A DNA stretch of 64,000 nt. Source: Prochlorococcus sp. AG-679-M23 (GTDB taxonomy: Bacteria > Cyanobacteriota > Cyanobacteriia > PCC-6307 > Cyanobiaceae). A program made the position numbers and the translations under genes. A model generated the notes under the pieces. That model was given only the letters and a program-made list of their open reading frames with translations. It did no database searches and was not told the DNA's origin. Below, one piece after another: positions 19,331 through 27,698 of this stretch. Location: NCBI GenBank assembly GCA_003208875.1, contig QCUR01000001.1, forward strand, positions 32,001 to 96,000. Reading direction: 5' to 3'. Every line of letters begins with the position of its first letter. Position 1 is the stretch's first letter.

Positions 19331-20569
19331 TTGATTCAGCTTGAGACTAATTGGTCATTTGTGAGCGATGGTGAAGAAAAACCTGATGGTTTTTCTTTCG
19401 CAGGGATTGCTGCGGGATTAAAGAATTCGAATAAGAAAGACTTGGCTTTAATATTAGCCCCAGAGAATAGCATTTGTAGTGGCTTGTTTACACAATCAAT
19501 AGTTCGAGCATCCTGTGTAGATATTTGTGAACAAAGGATTAAAAAGTCTTCAGGTCTTATAAGAGCAATATTAATAAACTCTGGACAAGCAAATGCCTGT
19601 ACAGGTGATTATGGTATTCAACATACTTTGTGTGCTACGAAGGAGGTCTCACAATTATTAGGAATAAATGAAGAAGAAGTTTTAATGTGCTCAACGGGTG
19701 TAATTGGTATACCCATTCAAATAAAAAATTTAATTGATAATTTACCTAAATTAGTCAAGGAGTTAAAAACAAATAGTTTTCAGAATGCTGCAGAAGCTAT
19801 TTTAACTACTGATTTAGTTGACAAAAAAATAACTATAGAAACATTTATTGAAGGGAGAAAGGTAAAGATATCTGGTTTTGCAAAAGGATCAGGAATGATT
19901 TATCCAAATATGGCTACTATGTTGGCTTTTGTTACATGTGATGTTGGTGTTGATAAAGAACTTTGGGACAAGATGATTTCTATTGCTGTTAAAAAGTCTT
20001 TTAACGCTATTTCGGTGGATGGAGAGACAAGTACTAATGATGCCTTTATAGGAATAAATTCAGGGAAAAAAATTGATAAGAAATTTTTATCAAAGATTCA
20101 AACAGGTATCGATATTGTATGCCAAAGTTTGGCAAAAAATATCGCTAGAGATGGAGAAGGCGCAAATTGCTTGCTAGAGGTTTTGGTTGAGGGAGCAAAG
20201 AATAATTCAGATGCAATTAAGATAGCTAAATCTATATGTAATTCTTCACTGGTAAAAACTGCAATTCATGGTTGTGATCCAAATTGGGGCAGAATTATTT
20301 CAGCTGCTGGTAACTCTGGAATTGATTTTAAATTAGATGTCGTTGATTTATATATTGGAGACTTTCAGATTTTGGAAAAGGGTAAGTTAAATAAATATGA
20401 TTCCAAAAAAGTTGCCAATTACATAAGTACAAAAATGAATGGTAAATATTTAGTTGAGGATATAGTACGTATAGCTCTTAATCTTAATTCTGGTTCAGAA
20501 AAAGGAACTGCTTGGGGTTGTGATTTGTCTAAAAAGTACGTTGAAATAAATAGCGAGTATACGACCTAA
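19331..20569 (+). CDS. argJ: Bifunctional ornithine acetyltransferase/N-acetylglutamate synthase
   Basis: NSGQANACTG, KGSGMIYPNMATML, DGETSTND, DPNWGR; ends VEINSEYTT. Confidence 0.97.
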   Translation: MIQLETNWSFVSDGEEKPDGFSFAGIAAGLKNSNKKDLALILAPENSICSGLFTQSIVRASCVDICEQRIKKSSGLIRAILINSGQANACTGDYGIQHTLCATKEVSQLLGINEEEVLMCSTGVIGIPIQIKNLIDNLPKLVKELKTNSFQNAAEAILTTDLVDKKITIETFIEGRKVKISGFAKGSGMIYPNMATMLAFVTCDVGVDKELWDKMISIAVKKSFNAISVDGETSTNDAFIGINSGKKIDKKFLSKIQTGIDIVCQSLAKNIARDGEGANCLLEVLVEGAKNNSDAIKIAKSICNSSLVKTAIHGCDPNWGRIISAAGNSGIDFKLDVVDLYIGDFQILEKGKLNKYDSKKVANYISTKMNGKYLVEDIVRIALNLNSGSEKGTAWGCDLSKKYVEINSEYTT

Positions 20570-20649
20570 CCCCAAATCCCCTCTGGCACAGTTGATTACA
20601 GAGATATCATAAAGCAGATACCACTAAAATACCACTAAATTTTCATCTA

Positions 20650-21876
20650 TCAATATTTAAAGTTATTTTTTCTGAGGTCTCTATTTAGTGAATTGAAATC
20701 AGTTTTATTTGATGCCAAATCCTTTGACTGCACACTTCCTAGTGCGACTTTCTCTAATCTTTCTAATCTTGCTAAAAGTTGTTTGTTTGTTTCTTCAAGA
20801 GAAATAATTTGTGTCTCAAATTCTTTTTTCTCCTTCATACTAATAAGCGTAGGTTTTACTGGTTTGCCTAATTGCCAGATAAATCCTGCTCTAGCAGAAA
20901 ACTGATCTTCAAAATCACCTGGATAATCTTGACCAGGCATTGTCATTGAAGCAGCGTAATTAATTGATAGTTTTTCATTAACTTTTGAAGCGCAACCTCC
21001 AGAAAAAGCAAAATCTCCTCCATGTGTTCCTGTTCCAAAACCACATGCAAGAGTTGTATCAGTAGGAACTGTTGGTAAACCTGTTAAAGCAGCACTCAAT
21101 GCTCCAACATTATTGATTGATTGTTCTACATCTCTACCATTTATTAATAATTTAGTTCCATTTGTATAGTCAATAGGAATTGGATTTCCTGCAGCATCTT
21201 TTGCATAAACTTTTTGTCTACCATTCTCCTCTTTTGTAATCCAAGAGTTTTCACCTATATGAAGTTCATTCCCTACATATTTAACAAGACTTTTACCGGT
21301 TGACCCTCCCTGACTTATTCCATCATTATCAATTCTAAGTAATTCATCAGTTCCTTCTCCTCCCAATGAAACGAATTTCGTATCTGAGGAATCATCACAG
21401 TCACTGTCTGTTGAGTCACATTTTTTCTCAATAGTATCGTTTAATTTCTGTATCACACCCATATTGATTGGAGTTGCCCCGCTTGGTAATCCTGTTACAT
21501 CAATGTATCCTTCAAATGCGTTTGTATCGATATCATATTTCCGATATCTTTTTCCTTGACCGCCCCCACGATCCCCTTCAAGAAAATAAATTTTTCCATT
21601 ACGCTCATCAACAGTAAAGTCATTAGATGTGAAATTATTAGTACTCACATCTGGAAATATATCTTGTTTTAGTAAAGTTACTGCACCATTTGAAGAAAGT
21701 TTATATAAATTTGAAGTTGAATCTCCTCCATCATTTACTTTAGTAGGATCTTCAGCAACGAAGAATCCTAAATCAGTGGTATTTGTGGAAACTTCACCTG
21801 CTAATGAAGTAAAAGGCGATAAAAGTAATGTAGAAGTAAAAAGAGAACTAACAAGTTTTTTTGAAAAGTTTTTCAT
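20650..21876 (-). CDS. Secreted protein with YadA-like membrane-anchor domain (putative adhesin)
   Basis: Signal peptide MKNFSKKLVSSLFTSTLLLSPFTSLA; GALSAALTGLP...CGFGTGTHGGDFAFSGG...ARAGFIW anchor-like region, then a coiled-coil tail. Confidence 0.7.
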   Translation of the reverse strand: MKNFSKKLVSSLFTSTLLLSPFTSLAGEVSTNTTDLGFFVAEDPTKVNDGGDSTSNLYKLSSNGAVTLLKQDIFPDVSTNNFTSNDFTVDERNGKIYFLEGDRGGGQGKRYRKYDIDTNAFEGYIDVTGLPSGATPINMGVIQKLNDTIEKKCDSTDSDCDDSSDTKFVSLGGEGTDELLRIDNDGISQGGSTGKSLVKYVGNELHIGENSWITKEENGRQKVYAKDAAGNPIPIDYTNGTKLLINGRDVEQSINNVGALSAALTGLPTVPTDTTLACGFGTGTHGGDFAFSGGCASKVNEKLSINYAASMTMPGQDYPGDFEDQFSARAGFIWQLGKPVKPTLISMKEKKEFETQIISLEETNKQLLARLERLEKVALGSVQSKDLASNKTDFNSLNRDLRKNNFKY

Positions 21877-22249
21877 GAGACACAACTTTTTTAAAAAGTG
21901 ATATTGACTTATTAATAATTTAAGTGTAAATACTTAATGATTTAACTATTGCTTAATATTTGTTATTTTTCCAGAAAAATAACTTTTTATGTTCTTACAT
22001 AAGATATTTAATAATTATCAAATTGAGGCAGAAAAAAGTTAAATTAAATAGCAAGTTAATCTTTTAATTAATACTTAAAAAATAAATACTAAACTTAAAA
22101 AATATTTTTAATTGAAACTTTCCATACCGGTTTTATAACACCTATGTAGTGGTATCAATGGATTTCACTTGTAAAAAAAGTTTTGTACCACTAAGATACC
22201 ACCAAATTTCCGAGTAAAAACCTTGTCATAGCAATGCTTTTCAAGGTTG

Positions 22250-22279
22250 GTTGAAATCAATAGCGAATACACTACTTAA
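22250..22279 (+). repeat. Duplicated argJ 3' end (attR-like)
   Basis: GTTGAAATCAATAGCGAATACACTACTTAA encodes VEINSEYTT*; 25/30 identical to 20540-20569. Confidence 0.9.
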
Positions 22280-22514
22280 TTTTTAGCAGCTCAATTGGTA
22301 AATATTCGTTTATATAAAGAAAGAGGATTGAAATAGTTCCTATTACAGAACCAATAAAACTTCCAATAAAATAATTTAATATCTTGGGTTGTTTGATTTG
22401 TGAGTTTTCTCCATTTTCTATTTCAAAAGCAGGAGAATCAACTACTTTTAGGCGCTGATTAGTTGTTGGTTGTTTAAGTTGTTGGTGTCGGATGAGTGCT
22501 TCGAAATCAGGCAT
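22272..22514 (-). CDS. Small protein with C-terminal TM helix, downstream of and overlapping the ParA gene
   Basis: ATG at 22514, MPDFEALIRHQQLK...YFIGSFIGSVIGTISILFLYI. Confidence 0.6.
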   Translation of the reverse strand: MPDFEALIRHQQLKQPTTNQRLKVVDSPAFEIENGENSQIKQPKILNYFIGSFIGSVIGTISILFLYINEYLPIELLKIK

Positions 22515-23119
22515 GGAATTTGAGATGCAATAGAACAATAGGCAGACCAGCCCGTCATTCGACGAGGATCTGATCTTCCTAAATCGTCTACAGCTTCAAA
22601 TACTGCATTTCCAGAGGCTTCTGCTTTATCAAATGCTGAAAGTAAAGGAATAAATGTATCAAAAACGTGTAAACCGAAATTTTCTAACGCTCCCTTAGCT
22701 TGTTGAGCTGCTTTTTGTTGTCTAAAATCTACTTTTACAATTACAACTGCATGGTTAACTTTTAAAGTATTTAATAAGCTGGCTAATTCAACAGTTAATT
22801 CAACAGACCTCGCTTTTGCGGTTGTGGGTAGAATTACTAAATCTGATCCGTATGCAAGATGTTTAAGTTCTTCTGTATCACTGCTTGCTTGCCCATCTGT
22901 AATAACAATTTCCGAGGATCTTGAGGCTTTTGCGGCTGAACTAACTGGAAACACGGGAAATGGAAGGTTTCCTCTGGATGAGTAGGCTAATGCTGATCTG
23001 TTTTTATCAGCATCAACTATACATACCTTTTTGCCTTCAGAATGCCATACACTTGCAAGGTGAATACTTGTACAAGTTTTAGCAACCCCTCCTTTTTGAC
23101 CGCAAACAGTAATAAACAA
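22448..23119 (-). CDS. Orphan ParA/MinD-family ATPase
   Basis: Deviant Walker A QKGGVAKT, VDADKNRS, ITDG. Confidence 0.9.
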   Translation of the reverse strand: MFITVCGQKGGVAKTCTSIHLASVWHSEGKKVCIVDADKNRSALAYSSRGNLPFPVFPVSSAAKASRSSEIVITDGQASSDTEELKHLAYGSDLVILPTTAKARSVELTVELASLLNTLKVNHAVVIVKVDFRQQKAAQQAKGALENFGLHVFDTFIPLLSAFDKAEASGNAVFEAVDDLGRSDPRRMTGWSAYCSIASQIPCLISKHSSDTNNLNNQQLISA

Positions 23120-23269
23120 TTTTTTACTAATATTTTCCTTACTTTGGAGAATAATTTCTTATTGTCAATAGGTAATTATTTGAAAAGTTTTAAAACTTAT
23201 ATTTCCTAAATACTCTTTTGTGGGATATAAAGTTTCGAGTAATCTTAAAAGTATGTTTAAAAACAGTAA

Positions 23270-24232
23270 GTGAAAAAAAGAATTGGATTAGGAACATGGT
23301 CTTGGGGAAATCAAGTTTTTTGGGACTATCAAATTAGTAATGATGATGATTTACGTGAGACTTATAAAGAAGCGTTAAAAAGAGGTTTTAACTTAATTGA
23401 TAGTGCAGATTCTTATGGAACTGGAAAACTTAATGGAAGAAGTGAAGAACTTTTAGGAAAATTTTTATTAGATACTCCTACTTTTCAAAAAAAACGAATT
23501 CAAATAGCAACAAAGCTTGCTCCTTATCCATGGAGATTTGGGAATAAAGGCTTCACTAAACCGTTTCTCAAAAGTTTAGAAAGATTAAATAATAAATTAG
23601 ATATAGTCCAAATACATTGGTCAACCGCAAAATATAATCCTTGGCAAGAATTACAATTATTAAATAATCTTTGCGATTTAATTGATCAAGGTTTTAATTT
23701 TCAAATTGGATTATCAAATATTGGACCCCAAAGATTAAAGAAAATAATTCAATACTTATCAAAAAGAGATAAAAAAGTTAAAAGTGTTCAAATTCAGTTT
23801 TCTTTATTGTCTCCAGATTTCCTAAAAAATATAAATGTAAAAAGAATTTGTGAAAATAATAATATTGATTTTTTAGCCTATAGTCCTTTATCTTTTGGAA
23901 TACTATGTATAGATCCTGAAAAAGATGAAGATAAGCAAAATTCTTTTCTACGAAGTTTGATTTTTAAAAACTATAAAAAATCAAGCATTGAATTAAGGAG
24001 ATGTCTTAAAAAAATTGCTGTTTCAAGATCAGTTTCACAAGCTCAAGTAGCAATCAATTGGTGTTGTTACCAAGGAGCCATACCTCTTGTAGGAATGAGA
24101 AAAAGGTCTCAAGTTATTGATATATCGAATGTTTTTAAATGGAACTTAAATCAAAAAGAATTTGGAATGCTTCAAGAAGCTTCTCAAAAGTGTTTGAAAA
24201 AGATGCCAAGTAATCCTTTTTCAAGCTTGTAA
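23270..24232 (+). CDS. Aldo/keto reductase
   Basis: GLGTWSWG, DSADSYG, IATK, AYSPL motifs. Confidence 0.92.
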   Translation: MKKRIGLGTWSWGNQVFWDYQISNDDDLRETYKEALKRGFNLIDSADSYGTGKLNGRSEELLGKFLLDTPTFQKKRIQIATKLAPYPWRFGNKGFTKPFLKSLERLNNKLDIVQIHWSTAKYNPWQELQLLNNLCDLIDQGFNFQIGLSNIGPQRLKKIIQYLSKRDKKVKSVQIQFSLLSPDFLKNINVKRICENNNIDFLAYSPLSFGILCIDPEKDEDKQNSFLRSLIFKNYKKSSIELRRCLKKIAVSRSVSQAQVAINWCCYQGAIPLVGMRKRSQVIDISNVFKWNLNQKEFGMLQEASQKCLKKMPSNPFSSL

Positions 24233-24540
24233 AAGAGAATAAAATAAATTTTATGCAGATATTTTTTTAAGATTTTTTATTTGATTATTGCTCCAAAGTT
24301 CTGCTGGAAAGTTCGAGCCTGTAAATCTTAAGACCTTAGGTTTTAAGTTTATTAATAAGTCATTGATGTTATTTTTTGTGCTCATTTGTATTGAGAATTT
24401 TTAATACGTTAAAATATTTTTTTCGTAATCTTTTCAGTATTTATACTCATAAAATTCAAAAAATAATTTCTAATACATTCTTTTGAAGTAAATTTTACAA
24501 ATTAACAAATTATCTAATACCAAACTTGGTCAATTTAAAA

Positions 24541-24798
24541 TGGTGGAGCCCTTCCAGGCTCCTTGGATCACTTGGTTGATAAGGCTGATATCACCCCATC
24601 TCCTTTGAGATCAAGCAGCAACTGGTGCTGTTTGACGGGAGAAACTAACGATTTTGTTAGCGTTTGTGTTTTTGCTCTAACCGAGCAGGCTTCAGTCATC
24701 TTCCTTACGCCCCGTCGAAACCATTACAACCCCAAAAGGAAATGGAGTTGAGCGGAATCGAACCGCTGTCCGAAACATCGGTTGAGATCACCTAGTCC
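24541..24798 (-). ncRNA. ssrA: Two-piece (circularly permuted) tmRNA
   Basis: T-arm/acceptor CAGCGGTTCGATTCCGCTCAACTCCA (ending 24743) precedes GGGGTTGTAATGGTTTCGACGGGG (starting 24733); tag ANKIVSFSRQTAPVAA* at 24661-24611; outer ends approximate. Confidence 0.93.
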
Positions 24799-24870
24799 AA
24801 TTGGACATTTATATTCTGGCAGGCAAAATGAGTATTGAATAGTTATTTCATTAATTTTTTAAATATATAT

Positions 24871-25995
24871 ATGTATGTAATTGCATCATCACCTGAAGGT
24901 TTAGAAAAATATTTAGCAAGTGAAATTATTGATTTGGGTGGATTTAATATTAATACCTATAAAAGATCAGTTTCTTTTGAATGTGATTATGCCACTTTTT
25001 ATAGAATTCATTTTTTTTCAAGAGTTGCGTTTCGTTTTTATAGAGAAGTTGCACGTTTTGCATGCTCCGACAGGCTTTCTTTATATGAGGGAGTTAGAGA
25101 TTCATTTGACTGGTTAAAATGGTTACCTTCTGAAAAAACATTCAATGTTCAAGTAACCGGCAGAACTTCATCGTTAAGTCATTCTCATTTCACGGCTCTC
25201 GAGGTTAAAAATTCAATTACAGATCTCCAAAAATCTGTTTGGAATAAAAGATCTAATATTTCTTTAGATAATCCTGATTTGATAGTTCATTTACATTTAA
25301 ATAATGATCGTGGGGTTCTCAGTCTGCAGAGCACTTTTGAAAGTCTTCATAAAAGAGGCTACAGACCTGCTATTGGAGATGCTCCCCTTAAAGAAAATTT
25401 AGCTTCTGGTTTATTAAAAATGACTGAATGGAAAGGAACTAAACCTTTGGTTGATCTTATGTGTGGTTCGGGAACCTTTTTAATAGAGGCTATTAATCAA
25501 ATCCTTGAAGTTCCACTTAAATCTCAACAATTTTATCTTTTCGAAAATTGGCTCGATTTTAATAAAAATATTTATCTAGAAGAGAAAAGTAAGGCTCAGA
25601 AAAAAGTTATTGCCTTTGAGAAATTATCACAAATTATTGGTTGTGAGATTAATAAAGATGTTTTTGATCAAGCAAAAGTCAACATAAAACTAGCAGGACT
25701 TGAAAATTATATTCAATTACAAAATGATGATTTTAAAAATATTCAATTTAAATCTTCAGAAGGATTAGTTTTATGTAATCCACCTTATGGAAAAAAACTA
25801 GGTGATGAAAACGAATTAATTACTTTATATGAGGATATGGGTGAATTTTTGAAGAGAAATTTTTCTGGTTGGGAATTCTGGTTACTAAGTGGGAATCCAA
25901 AACTTACAAGATATTTAAAAATGAAATCTTCTTTAAAAATACCGGTAAGCAATGGAGGTATTGATTGTAGATGGATTAAATATTTAATAAGATAA
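24871..25995 (+). CDS. THUMP-domain RNA methyltransferase (RlmL-like)
   Basis: SLHKRGYR, APLKENLA, DLMCGSGT, NPPYG. Confidence 0.92.
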   Translation: MYVIASSPEGLEKYLASEIIDLGGFNINTYKRSVSFECDYATFYRIHFFSRVAFRFYREVARFACSDRLSLYEGVRDSFDWLKWLPSEKTFNVQVTGRTSSLSHSHFTALEVKNSITDLQKSVWNKRSNISLDNPDLIVHLHLNNDRGVLSLQSTFESLHKRGYRPAIGDAPLKENLASGLLKMTEWKGTKPLVDLMCGSGTFLIEAINQILEVPLKSQQFYLFENWLDFNKNIYLEEKSKAQKKVIAFEKLSQIIGCEINKDVFDQAKVNIKLAGLENYIQLQNDDFKNIQFKSSEGLVLCNPPYGKKLGDENELITLYEDMGEFLKRNFSGWEFWLLSGNPKLTRYLKMKSSLKIPVSNGGIDCRWIKYLIR

Positions 25996-25996
25996 T

Positions 25997-26383
25997 TTAT
26001 TTTTTTCCTAATACTGCTTTTGTTGTTTTCCCCAACCCCTCTATTGTCTGGGGTAGATAAGGTCCTTTAGCTAGTTTTCCTCCAAGCTTTAAGCTTAAAC
26101 CTGCAAGAAATAAATCAACAAATATTATTAAAAGTAAATTATATTCTGTCGCCCAATTATTACTCTTACTAAGAGTGAGATAAAAAATAATATGAATACA
26201 AATTAAAACTAATAATAATAAAATTCCACCTATCGCAATAAATACTCCCCCACTTATTAATCTTCTCTTTTCTCTATCGACTTCTTGAAGTGCTATTCGG
26301 ACATGCAAATCCATTACAGAACTCGCGATTGCAGAGATTCTTGAAGCTGTATTGGCAAAGTTTTTGTTTTTAGGTTTATCCAT
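25997..26383 (-). CDS. YqjE-like (holin-like family) membrane protein
   Basis: Two TM helices; paired with a YqjD-like gene. Confidence 0.7.
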   Translation of the reverse strand: MDKPKNKNFANTASRISAIASSVMDLHVRIALQEVDREKRRLISGGVFIAIGGILLLLVLICIHIIFYLTLSKSNNWATEYNLLLIIFVDLFLAGLSLKLGGKLAKGPYLPQTIEGLGKTTKAVLGKK

Positions 26384-26845
26384 TTATTTATTTCTACTAT
26401 TAATTAAACTACCTATAAATAATCCTATACCAGCAGCAATAGCAATAGATAAAATTGGTTTTTTTCTAATTGGGGTTTCTATTTTTGGCCTTAATGTACT
26501 GTTCAGTTCATCTAGTAACTCTTCTAATTGACTTTCGATTGGTGCTATTTTATCTGCAATTTCCCAATTATTTTCTTGAATTGAATCAATGATTTGAAAT
26601 AATTGATTTTTAATACCACTAGCAGATGATCCAGTATGGCTTGCTATTACTTCAACTAAATCATCAATACTCCCTTTTGCAGTCTCAAGAGTTTGTTGTG
26701 CAATATTAGGCCATTTTTCTTGTATTAACGGTATCAAACTATCGATTTTTTCACGCAACCATTTTTCTGATATACCTTCTTCCTTTGGCAGTGCAGAATC
26801 ATCAATTGTCTCTTTAACTTCTTTGGGAGGATGAAAAGCTTCCAT
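26384..26845 (-). CDS. YqjD/DUF883-like tail-anchored protein
   Basis: C-terminal IRKKPILSIAIAAGIGLFIG motif. Confidence 0.7.
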   Translation of the reverse strand: MEAFHPPKEVKETIDDSALPKEEGISEKWLREKIDSLIPLIQEKWPNIAQQTLETAKGSIDDLVEVIASHTGSSASGIKNQLFQIIDSIQENNWEIADKIAPIESQLEELLDELNSTLRPKIETPIRKKPILSIAIAAGIGLFIGSLINSRNK

Positions 26846-27034
26846 TAATCCACCAGCATTTCTTTTAGAGTAGTTCGTATTTTCTTAATTTGAAACCCTT
26901 CTATTTAGATTTGTTTTTAATAAAAAATTATCGACATATAAAATTTTATTTACATTTCATTTATCTCCCCTGTTCTGTAATAAGGTTTTGTTAAGCTATT
27001 ACTGACTTTATTAAATTAAGTTTTTTATTTCATC

Positions 27035-27172
27035 ATGGATATCACATTTGCAGCAATTATTTTTGCATCCCGTACAATTCCAACTGATTTTGGATTGGTA
27101 GCAGCAGCTATTGCAGGAGCTGGAAGTTTGCTATTTATTGCTTTGAGATTTGTTCCTGATGCGGGTAACTAG
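27035..27172 (+). CDS. Small membrane protein (45 aa)
   Basis: MDITFAAIIFASRTIPTDFGLVAAAIAGAGSLLFIALRFVPDAGN*; below the ORF-track cutoff. Confidence 0.7.
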   Translation: MDITFAAIIFASRTIPTDFGLVAAAIAGAGSLLFIALRFVPDAGN

Positions 27173-27259
27173 GTTTTTCCTTTTTTAAGATGCGCTAACT
27201 TGTTAGCTCATCTTAATGATTGATTATTTATATAAAATAATTTATTGATGTACTAGATA

Positions 27260-27622
27260 ATGAATCGATGGGTTTTACTCGAACATAAGATCCTAGGTAG
27301 TAAATTAATTGATATTCACTATGATTTTCTTGTTGAAGATCAATTAGATTGTTTAACTTGGAAATTTCACGAAATTCCATCACTAAATAAGGGTGTTGTT
27401 AAAATAGTAAAACAACCAAATCATAGATTGGTGTGGCTTTCTAGGGTTGAATATCAACTTTCTAATGATAGAGGTTTAGTAAAAAGAATTGATCATGGAA
27501 TTTTCTCTTTTATTTCTCATAATCAAGACTCTCAAAAATTAAAAATTATATTGAATGGTAAATTGTTAAACGGTTTGTTCATAATTGATGGAAATTTTTG
27601 TCAATTAACGAAAAATAATTAA
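27260..27622 (+). CDS. Hypothetical protein resembling the LigD N-terminal phosphoesterase domain
   Basis: VLLEH...HYDFLVE...LTW...HRLVWL...RGLVKRIDHG pattern. Confidence 0.6.
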   Translation: MNRWVLLEHKILGSKLIDIHYDFLVEDQLDCLTWKFHEIPSLNKGVVKIVKQPNHRLVWLSRVEYQLSNDRGLVKRIDHGIFSFISHNQDSQKLKIILNGKLLNGLFIIDGNFCQLTKNN

Positions 27623-27698
27623 TTTGTTTTTAGAAATAATCTTAATAATTCTCTTGAGATTTTTTGAAAAGTAGCTATTCTTACTTAGCTATTGTGAC

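Larger units (their letters stand above)
20570..22279. mobile_element. Integrase-less insert at the argJ 3' end
   Basis: 30-bp direct repeat 20540-20569 / 22250-22279; tandem TACCAC(T/C)AA repeats at 20617, 20628, 22184, 22195; inverted copy at 22147. Confidence 0.8.

Noticed and set aside
24284..24385. Short minus-strand frame MSTKNNINDLLIKLKT*GLKIYRLELSSRTLEQ*
   Set aside because: Too short and interrupted by a stop; cannot be supported as a gene or pseudogene without homologues
24563..24751. 62-aa + strand ORF
   Set aside because: Antisense shadow of the tmRNA gene
25997..26383. Holin-like membrane protein near tmRNA as prophage evidence
   Set aside because: YqjE/YqjD-like pair is ordinary cellular context; no phage genes or att duplication at ssrA
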